From the NCBI GenBank assembly GCA_002366545.1, contig DFBH01000055.1:1-52229 (forward strand): a DNA stretch of 52,229 nt, written 5' to 3'. The notes below the pieces were generated by a model. It was given only the letters and a program-made list of their open reading frames with translations. It searched no databases and was not told the origin of the DNA. This DNA is from Candidatus Oleimmundimicrobium americanum (GTDB taxonomy: Bacteria > Actinomycetota > Aquicultoria > UBA3085 > Oleimmundimicrobiaceae). The position numbers and the translations under genes are program-made. Each line of letters starts with the position of its first letter. Positions within the stretch are counted from its first letter, which is position 1. Positions 41,316-47,981 of the stretch are shown piece after piece.

Positions 41316-42362
41316 ATGGAACGCGACAAAGTATTGGAATTGACAAAAGAACAAATTGAGAGAAAATACGGCAAAGGCGCCATTATGAGACTTGGCGATA
41401 ATCCTTTTAAGCTTGATTACTCGGTAATTTCAACGGGTTCTTTAGCTTTGGATGTTGCATTGGGCGTGGGCGGGATTCCAAGGGGAAGGGTTGTTGAGAT
41501 ATTTGGGCCGGAAGCGTCGGGCAAGACCACTCTGGCCTTGCAAATAATCGCTCAAGCTCAAAAAACAGGGGGAGCAGCGGCATTTATCGATGCTGAACAT
41601 GCTCTTGACTCAGCGTATGCGCGGAACCTGGGAGTGGATGTAGATAACTTGCTTGTTTCTCAACCCGATACGGGCGAACAAGCACTTGAAATTGCAGAAA
41701 TGCTTGTTAGAAGCGGAGCTCTTGACGTTGTGGTTATTGATTCAGTTGCCGCGCTTGTGCCCCGAGCTGAGATTGAGGGTGATATGGGAGATTCCCACGT
41801 AGGTCTCCAAGCGAGGTTAATGTCACAAGCTCTGCGAAAATTATCCGGCGTCATCAGTAAATCTCAAACCTCTGCAATATTTATCAACCAACTACGAGAA
41901 AAAATAGGGATAATGTTTGGCAATCCCGAGGTAACTCCGGGTGGTCGTGCTTTAAAATTTTATTCTTCCGTGAGGATTGATATAAGGAGGATTGAGTCTC
42001 TCAAACAGGGGATTGATATTGTCGGAAACAGGGTTCGCGCAAAAATTGTTAAAAATAAAGTCGCTCCTCCTTTTAAAAAGGCAGAATTTGACATCGTTTA
42101 CGGCAAAGGAATTTCCAGAGAGGGCACTTTAATCGATATGGGTGTTGACCAAGGGATAGTGAATAAAAGCGGAGCTTGGTACACTTGTGGGGACGAGAGG
42201 CTTGGCCAGGGAAGAGAAAACGCAAAGCAGTTTTTACAGGAAAATCTCAAAATGGCCGATGAGATAGAAAAAAAGATTAAGGTTGCGGTTGGTTTAATTG
42301 AAAACGAAGAAAAAACTGATAAAAAAACCGATAAACAAGCAAAAAATAAAAGCATGGGTTAA
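41316..42362 (+). CDS. recA: Recombinase RecA
   Basis: [28 protein letters not shown]-terminus and Walker [11 protein letters not shown] prefer the ATG at 41316. The ORF-track TTG at 41274 lies inside the hairpin cassette and adds a non-RecA extension. The SD is weak and close either way. Confidence 0.95.
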   Translation: MERDKVLELTKEQIERKYGKGAIMRLGDNPFKLDYSVISTGSLALDVALGVGGIPRGRVVEIFGPEASGKTTLALQIIAQAQKTGGAAAFIDAEHALDSAYARNLGVDVDNLLVSQPDTGEQALEIAEMLVRSGALDVVVIDSVAALVPRAEIEGDMGDSHVGLQARLMSQALRKLSGVISKSQTSAIFINQLREKIGIMFGNPEVTPGGRALKFYSSVRIDIRRIESLKQGIDIVGNRVRAKIVKNKVAPPFKKAEFDIVYGKGISREGTLIDMGVDQGIVNKSGAWYTCGDERLGQGRENAKQFLQENLKMADEIEKKIKVAVGLIENEEKTDKKTDKQAKNKSMG

Positions 42363-42376
42363 GTGTTTAATAAAAG

Positions 42377-42847
42377 ATGATTTCCAATGATGAAAAAAGA
42401 GCGATAAATAAAGCTCTTAAGTATCTTAGTTATAGAGCTCGCAGCGTTAAAGAAACAAAAGTTTATCTAACGAAAAAAGGGTATAGCGAAGATATTATTG
42501 ACGGGGTTATAAAATATCTTAGAGAACGTGATTATTTAAACGATTTGGTTTATGCAAAGATGTGGATTGAGGATAGGAAAGAGCGAAAACTTTTTGGTCG
42601 AAACAGGATAAGGTCTGAGTTGATTTTAAAAGGGATAGATTCAAATTTAGTTGAGGAAGAACTTACCAAATTGTATTTGGAAGAAGACGAAGAGGGGAAA
42701 GCTTTTAAAGTAGCCGAAAAGCAATTAAAAAAATATAAGGAATTTGATAATTCGACTAAAAAAAGAAAGCTTTATCGATACTTGGCAAACAGGGGATTTA
42801 ATACGGAAGTTTCCATAAAAGTGTGTGAAAGGTTGTTAGTGCTATAA
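42377..42847 (+). CDS. recX: Recombination regulator RecX
   Basis: 156-aa helical-repeat protein immediately after recA, with RecX-like repeats (YLSYRARSVKE...). Confidence 0.85.
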   Translation: MISNDEKRAINKALKYLSYRARSVKETKVYLTKKGYSEDIIDGVIKYLRERDYLNDLVYAKMWIEDRKERKLFGRNRIRSELILKGIDSNLVEEELTKLYLEEDEEGKAFKVAEKQLKKYKEFDNSTKKRKLYRYLANRGFNTEVSIKVCERLLVL

Positions 42848-42904
42848 ACCACCGGTTTATCCGGTGGGCACGGCGGTAGGCAGGTCGTGGCAACCCCTCA
42901 CCTC

Positions 42905-43311
42905 CGTCATTGCGCCTGTCCGCCTCTGGCGGGAGCCCTGGTAAGGGCGTGGCAATCTCGGTTTAGCCATAATAGCCAACTTTCTTTTTTGTTTATTCAG
43001 TTGTATTTTTTGTGGGTCGCACGCACTTCACGCTCGGTTGTTTGTCCAAAGGACAATCCTCCTCTGGAGGAATCCGCGACTTTACTCGCTCCGGGCGGGC
43101 CGAGAATAACTCGCTTGCGCTCAGACAGATTCTCGGGCGCTCACTTCGTTCGTCTGTCCGCCTTCAGCCAGAAAGAGGCTTGAGCCAAGGGTTCATCAGC
43201 CTCTGGCTGAGATGGTCCCCTGGACTACTGGAGGGCTTTCCGGCCATCCACTCGCTTCATCGGGGCGGCCTCAAATTTCGCCTTGTCCAACCCACCGGGG
43301 TTTTAAAAACC
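42905..43311 (+). repeat. Copy A of a GC-rich mosaic repeat of roughly 350-400 bp
   Basis: Aligns by eye with 47181-47534 from CGTCATTGCGCCTGTCCGCC through GGCAATCTCGGTTTA..., CTTTCTTTTTTGTTTATTCA.TTGTATTTTTTGTGGGTCG, GGGCCGAGAATAACTCGCTTGCGCTCAGACAGATTCTCGGGCGCTCAC and TTCATCGGGGCGGCCTCAA.TTTCGC to CCCACCGGGGTTT. Three hairpin-associated indels interrupt the alignment. Confidence 0.85.
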
Positions 43312-43342
43312 ATAATCAGTAAAAAGCTTTTATTTTTTTCCT

Positions 43343-43364
43343 GAAAGCTAACGGCTGGCAGCTG
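43343..43364 (+). repeat. NNNNGCT heptamer array (3 units)
   Basis: GAAAGCT AACGGCT GGCAGCT G. The paralogous position in the second island carries 4+4 units. Confidence 0.7.
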
Positions 43365-43498
43365 TATTCAAATGATATGGCAACTAGCGAATAGCAGATG
43401 GCGGGAGGAGCGTTAAGCGACGCGGCAATCTCTGGGTTACATTTTACATTTTTCATTATCGTTTTTATATTTTCATTTTTATTTCTTATTTTGAAAAA

Positions 43499-43629
43499 CC
43501 TGCCCGCCTTCAGCCAAAGGTTTCAGCCAAAGGCTGATGGTTCTCTGGACTACTGGCGGGAGTGACCAAAGGAAGCGCGGCAATCTCATCCTCCTCCCGC
43601 CCTCGATGGGAGGGGCGGGAGGAGGATGA
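43499..43629 (+). repeat. Hairpin-repeat unit with a 46-nt loop insert, followed by a purine/pyrimidine hairpin of about 19 bp
   Basis: CCCGCC (43503-43508), insert TTCAGCCAAAGG...GGACTACT (43509-43554), GGCGGG (43555-43560), then ...GCGCGGCAATCTC (to 43587). Then TCATCCTCCTCCCGCCCTC / GAGGGGCGGGAGGAGGATGA (43586-43629), which has one bulged G. Confidence 0.8.
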
Positions 43630-43955
43630 GACAAACAATGGCCGGTGGCTTTTCTGCCCTGTGGTTGGTGGTAGTTTACTTGGCTTTTGATTTTTATAAT
43701 TGACAACAACCGGTCTTTAATAATAATATGATTAAGAATTGTTTTTAAGTTAATAATGGTTGAATTTAAATAGTAGATGTTTTTAAGTATTGTTGGGATG
43801 TTAATATATTTACTTAATTAGTTAATCGATTGTTCATATAAATTTAAAGCTTAAGTTCAAGCTTTAAGATTTTAATTAAATATGGCTAAGAGATTTCCTT
43901 AAATAATTTAATTTATTTAAGGATGATTTGAATTTAATTAAGTAAATTAGAACTT

Positions 43956-43978
43956 ACCGAGCAATGCTCGGTTTTTTT
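43956..43978 (+). terminator. Intrinsic terminator immediately upstream of the rny RBS
   Basis: ACCGAGC (43956-43962), loop aat, GCTCGGT (43966-43972), running into a T7 tract (43972-43978). The rny SD AAGGAGG follows within 20 nt. Confidence 0.7.
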
Positions 43979-44007
43979 ATTTTTATACTACAAAAGGAGG
44001 TATTAAA

Positions 44008-45546
44008 ATGTCGGGAATTCATGTTTTATTGATATTCGTTGCTGGGTTTTTGGGTATTGCAATCGGCTTTTTTGTAAGAAGATATTTGGCTGAAACGAAG
44101 ATAGATTCTGCTGAATCGGAAGCAAAAAAGATACTTATTGAAGCAAAAAAGGAAGCTGAAACAAAGAAAAAAGAAGCAGTTTTTGAAGCAAAAGATGGAA
44201 TTCATTCTATGAGGGCGGAAGCAGAGAGAGAGATTAGGGAACGTCGGTCAGAAGTTCAAAGGATGGAAAGAAAGCTTGTTCAAAAAGAAGAGACTCTTGA
44301 AAGTAAACGCGAGGCTGCAAACCAAGAAGAGAAAAATTTAATTGAAAGCAAGAAGAAAGTCGAAGATATTAAGAATAATTTAGAGAAGGTAATTGATGAG
44401 CAAAAGAGCGTTCTTCAAAAAGTTGCGGGGATGTCGGTTATTGAGGCCAAGGAGTTGTTGCTAAAAAGGGTTGAGGACGAGTCAAGACATGACGCAGCCT
44501 TAATGATTAGGAATATTGAAAGTGAAGCCCGAGAAGAGGCGGAGAAAAGGGCTTGCAACATTGTTTCTTTAGCTATTCAACGTTGTTCATCAGATCATGT
44601 AGCCGAAACCACGGTTTCTTCGGTTCCTCTCCCCGGTGACGAAATGAAGGGAAGAATAATAGGTCGTGAAGGAAGAAATATTAGAGCTTTTGAGAATGTC
44701 TCAGGCGTTAATTTAATAATAGACGATACTCCTGAGGCGGTTGTGCTGTCGTGTTTTGACCCGGTGCGACGAGAAATTGCAAGACTCGCTCTTACGAAAT
44801 TAATTGCCGACGGCAGAATACATCCGGCGCGGATTGAAGAGATGTATAAAAAAGCGACGCAGGAAGTAGAAACGAAAATTCGTGAAGCAGGAGAGCAGGC
44901 TGCTTTTGATGCCGATGTTCAAAGACTGCATCCCGAACTGGTTAGGGTGTTGGGGAGGTTGAAGTATAGGACAAGTTACGGACAAAATGTTTTAATGCAT
45001 TCAATTGAAGTTTCTCATTTGGCCGGAATCATGGCTTCAGAATTAGGGGTGGACGTGAAAATTGCCAGAAGAGCAGGTTTATTGCACGACATCGGAAAAG
45101 CTATCGATCATGAAGTCGAGGGTTCCCATGCTGTTATTGGAGCGGATTTAGCACGGAGATTTCAAGAGTCAGAAGCGATCTGGCATCCGATTGAAGCTCA
45201 TCATACGGATGTGGAGCCCAGAACAATTGAGGCCGTTTTAGTACAGGCTGCAGATGCAATTTCGGCTGCTCGTCCCGGGGCCAGAAGAGAAACTTTGAAA
45301 AGCTATATTAAAAGATTGGAAAATCTTGAGAGAATAGCTAATTCTCATAAAGGCGTGGATAAATCATATGTTATGCAAGCAGGCCGGGAGATAAGAATTG
45401 CGGTTAAGCCTGAAGAGATGGATGATGCTGAAGCTATTTTGTTGTCCAAGGAAATTGCCAAGGAAATTGAATCGGAAATGGAGTACCCGGGTCAAATTAA
45501 GGTAACCGTAATTCGCGAACAGAGAGCTACCGAGTACGCTAAATAA
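44008..45546 (+). CDS. rny: Ribonuclease Y
   Basis: N-terminal TM helix, coiled coil, KH ([15 protein letters not shown]) and HD (LLHDIGKA). 512 aa. Confidence 0.97.
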   Translation: MSGIHVLLIFVAGFLGIAIGFFVRRYLAETKIDSAESEAKKILIEAKKEAETKKKEAVFEAKDGIHSMRAEAEREIRERRSEVQRMERKLVQKEETLESKREAANQEEKNLIESKKKVEDIKNNLEKVIDEQKSVLQKVAGMSVIEAKELLLKRVEDESRHDAALMIRNIESEAREEAEKRACNIVSLAIQRCSSDHVAETTVSSVPLPGDEMKGRIIGREGRNIRAFENVSGVNLIIDDTPEAVVLSCFDPVRREIARLALTKLIADGRIHPARIEEMYKKATQEVETKIREAGEQAAFDADVQRLHPELVRVLGRLKYRTSYGQNVLMHSIEVSHLAGIMASELGVDVKIARRAGLLHDIGKAIDHEVEGSHAVIGADLARRFQESEAIWHPIEAHHTDVEPRTIEAVLVQAADAISAARPGARRETLKSYIKRLENLERIANSHKGVDKSYVMQAGREIRIAVKPEEMDDAEAILLSKEIAKEIESEMEYPGQIKVTVIREQRATEYAK

Positions 45547-45566
45547 TTAATTAGCGAGGGGTAACC

Positions 45567-46682
45567 TTGTCTTCAAAAGAGCAAGATAAATTAATAAACT
45601 TTATCAAAGGAGTTGCCGGAGACGAGCATCTGAAAATCGAAGAGGATTTAGGAAACGGGTTCGTTCGTCTCCGTGTAAGCGAAGCAGAAAGAAGACAAGC
45701 AAAACATGATATTCGTTTTGCTGAAGATGTAGTCATTGAACTCATTCGTAATTCTCGCGATGCGGGTTGCAGAAATATATTTGTTGCTTTCCATAAAGAT
45801 AAAGATATTAGAAATATCGTTATTATAGATGACGGGAGCGGTATACCGTCTAATTTAATGCCAAGGATTTTTGAGCCGCGCGTTACCTCTAAGCTTGAAA
45901 CCGTTGTTACCGACAAATATGGCATTCATGGACGCGGAATGGCTTTATATTCCATAAAAAGCAATGTCGAAGACGTTGATATAGTTGCCTCGGCAATTAA
46001 CAGAGGGTCGGTAATAAGGGTTAGAGTGAATACCGGAAAACTCCCGGAACGCCACGATCAATCCACCTTTCCTATAACAAAGATGCATCGCGGAGAAATT
46101 AATGTTGTCAAGGGGCCTCATAACATCTTGAGGTTGTTGACGGAATTTTGTATCGAACACCCTGAATTAAAAATCTTTTTTGGTTCCCCGGCTCAAGTTC
46201 TTGCCACAATGTATGATTTAAGTCAGAATTTATTAACATCAAATAAAGGCGGTAAGGCGGTATTTCTTGAAAATTTTGAAGAAGGGGTGCTTCCTCTGTG
46301 GCAATGCACGGGTTTCATTGCGGACGTAAAGGCACTTATGGAAATATCGAAAACTTATTATGGTTTAGATGTTTCCCAACGCAATGTTCACCGGATTTTT
46401 AGTGGTGAAATAGAATCCCTCGATGATTTGCATTCAATTTTAATCAGTAAACATAAAAATTCTGTTACCAAGAGAGTATCCGGGGTTGATTTAAGTTGCT
46501 CAACCAATCTTGTAAAATATATCCAGAAAGATGATTTAGACATATTGTCAAAGGGAATTGAAAAGGAATTTAATAAAATAGGAAATAAATATTTTTTACA
46601 CTTAAAGGGCGACCCAAAGATTTGGCGAGAAAAAAACAAGATAAAAATTTTATTAGAAGTTGAAGGAGAAGACGATTTTTGA
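45567..46682 (+). CDS. Orphan GHKL/GHL-type ATPase with MutL-N-like motifs; the C-terminal roughly 200 aa are uncharacterised
   Basis: ELIRNSRDAGC (N box), IIDDGSGIP (G1), FEPRVTSK (compare MutL RHATSK), and GIHGRGMALYSI (G2). No DHp/His-kinase domain and no MutL C-terminal domain. TTG start after AGGGG. Confidence 0.65.
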   Translation: MSSKEQDKLINFIKGVAGDEHLKIEEDLGNGFVRLRVSEAERRQAKHDIRFAEDVVIELIRNSRDAGCRNIFVAFHKDKDIRNIVIIDDGSGIPSNLMPRIFEPRVTSKLETVVTDKYGIHGRGMALYSIKSNVEDVDIVASAINRGSVIRVRVNTGKLPERHDQSTFPITKMHRGEINVVKGPHNILRLLTEFCIEHPELKIFFGSPAQVLATMYDLSQNLLTSNKGGKAVFLENFEEGVLPLWQCTGFIADVKALMEISKTYYGLDVSQRNVHRIFSGEIESLDDLHSILISKHKNSVTKRVSGVDLSCSTNLVKYIQKDDLDILSKGIEKEFNKIGNKYFLHLKGDPKIWREKNKIKILLEVEGEDDF

Positions 46683-46761
46683 TTAAAAGCAGGGAAAGGC
46701 GACTTTTTGGTGAAGTTTAATCTAATCACAGTTAATTATTGTAGCAACCAAGGAGGAAAAC

Positions 46762-47022
46762 ATGGGAGTACTAAAAGTCTCGTCAAAGTCCAATCCAAAC
46801 TCGGTTGCCGGTGCGTTGTCCGCGGTTCTTCGCGAATCAGGGAAGGCTGAAATTCAAGTTATTGGTGCCGGAGCATTAAATCAAGCCGTTAAGGCGGTAG
46901 CGATTGCCCGCGGGTTTGTTGCCCCGGGCGGGATGGATTTAGTCGTGGTTCCTGCTTTTACTGACTTAAAAATTGATGGAGAAGAGAGAACCGCAATTCG
47001 ATTATTGGTTGGCCCCAGATAA
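46762..47022 (+). CDS. spoVS: Stage V sporulation protein S family protein
   Basis: 86 aa. LKVSSKSNPNSVAGAL...AIARGF signature. AGGAGG RBS. Confidence 0.93.
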   Translation: MGVLKVSSKSNPNSVAGALSAVLRESGKAEIQVIGAGALNQAVKAVAIARGFVAPGGMDLVVVPAFTDLKIDGEERTAIRLLVGPR

Positions 47023-47032
47023 AAATAAATTT

Positions 47033-47074
47033 TTTTGGTTCGTTTTCTTACTCGCCTAAGAAAACGAACCAAAA
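47033..47074 (+). other. 18-bp perfect hairpin directly after spoVS (no 3' U-tract on the + strand)
   Basis: TTTTGGTTCGTTTTCTTA (47033-47050), loop ctcgcc, TAAGAAAACGAACCAAAA (47057-47074). Confidence 0.8.
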
Positions 47075-47180
47075 GACGAAGGAATTTTGTTAAATCTACA
47101 AATATTGAGATTAATAAAGAGATTTCATCGAAATTCCTGAGCTGGGCGGCCGATCATTTTTTACGGCTCCTCCCGCCATC

Positions 47181-47534
47181 CGTCATTGCGCCTGTCCGCC
47201 TTCAGCCAAAGGTTTCAACCAAAGGCTGATGGTCCTCTGGACTACTGGCGGGAGCGACCAAAGGAAGCGCGGCAATCTCGGTTTAACTATAATAGCTAAC
47301 TTTCTTTTTTGTTTATTCAATTGTATTTTTTGTGGGTCGAACACGCTCCACGCTCGGCCGTATCCGCGACTTTACTCGTTCCAGGCGGGCCGAGAATAAC
47401 TCGCTTGCGCTCAGACAGATTCTCGGGCGCTCACTTTGCTCGCCTGCCCACCTCTGGTGGGCTTTCCGGCCTTCCGCTCGTTTCATCGGGGCGGCCTCAA
47501 GTTTCGCTTTGTCCGACCCACCGGGGTTTAAAAG
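47181..47534 (+). repeat. Copy B of the GC-rich mosaic repeat (same orientation as copy A)
   Basis: See copy A. Compared with A, B carries a 46-nt insert in the first CCGCC/GGCGG hairpin (47201-47246). B lacks the 30-nt twin hairpin and the 67-nt insert that A carries. Confidence 0.85.
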
Positions 47535-47563
47535 GCAAAACTAATGCCTATTGGCTGTATATT

Positions 47564-47658
47564 CGTCATTGCGCCTGCCCGCCTCTGGCGGGAGTGACCC
47601 GCCAACGGTGGGGAGCGCGGCAATCTCGTTCTCACCCCTCCCTCAATGGGAGGGGTGA
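47564..47658 (+). repeat. Short hairpin-repeat unit (CGTCATTGCGCCTG...GCGCGGCAATCTC) followed by an 11-bp purine/pyrimidine hairpin
   Basis: CCCGCC-tct-GGCGGG at 47578-47592 and GGCAATCTC at 47619-47627. TCACCCCTCCC (47632-47642), loop tcaat, GGGAGGGGTGA (47648-47658). Confidence 0.8.
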
Positions 47659-47732
47659 GGGGAGGGTGAAACAAACAACCCACTCGGGTTTTTAAAAACC
47701 AAAATCTAACAACAATGCTCTTTTGTTTTCCT

Positions 47733-47806
47733 GAAGGCTGAAGGCTAGAGGCTAATGGCTGTTTCTAATGTTTTTCCTGGAGACTGGCGTCTGGCAGCTG
47801 GAGTCT
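47733..47806 (+). repeat. Two NNNNGCT/NNNNNCT heptamer arrays (4+4 units)
   Basis: GAAGGCT GAAGGCT AGAGGCT AATGGCT (47733-47760), and GGAGACT GGCGTCT GGCAGCT GGAGTCT (47779-47806). Confidence 0.75.
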
Positions 47807-47981
47807 GTTTTTAAATGATATGGCATTTAATTTGATGGTTTTATACAATAGAGTTAAAATTTAAATAAATCCAGGGCCCGCATCAGGGGCAGGAAAGCCA
47901 TCGGCCTTGTAGCCGGTAGTAGTTTACTTACGTAATGAAAAAATTATTGTGCAGATAAAAGCTGTAGGCAGGTTTTAAAAA

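Noticed and set aside
43100-43145. Possible coding potential on the minus strand of the conserved GCCGAGAAT...ATTCTCGG core (translates to SERPRICLSASELFSARPERVKSR)
   Set aside because: The frame is interrupted by stops within a short distance on both sides, and the segment is better explained as a 9-bp-stem hairpin shared by both repeat copies.
42887-43344. ORFs 42887..43183 and 43012..43344 (+), and 43479..43709 (-), inside the first GC-rich island
   Set aside because: They have no RBS and a low-complexity Arg/Ser/Gly/Pro-rich composition driven by GC-rich hairpin arms. The homologous ORFs in the second island are broken or shifted by the hairpin indels. They look like artefacts of repeats rather than genes.
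47221-47250. Hammerhead-like CTGATGG core in the loop inserts (GGCTGATGGTCCTCTGGAC)
   Set aside because: Only the CUGAUG-like half is present. No GAAA element or appropriate stem III/cleavage-site context was found.
47035-47695. ORFs 47035..47229, 47309..47695 and 47332..47544 (+) in the second island
   Set aside because: The reasoning is the same. The first spans the 18-bp hairpin, and the others run through repeat modules. Their similarity to the island-1 ORFs reflects DNA repeat identity, not protein conservation, since substitutions do not spare any one frame.
42848-47981. CRISPR array or diversity-generating retroelement (TR/VR pair) as an explanation for the repeats
   Set aside because: The repeats are not regularly spaced short units with unique spacers, and no cas genes are present. 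Differences between the two long copies are mixed transitions and indels rather than adenine-specific, and no reverse transcriptase is nearby.
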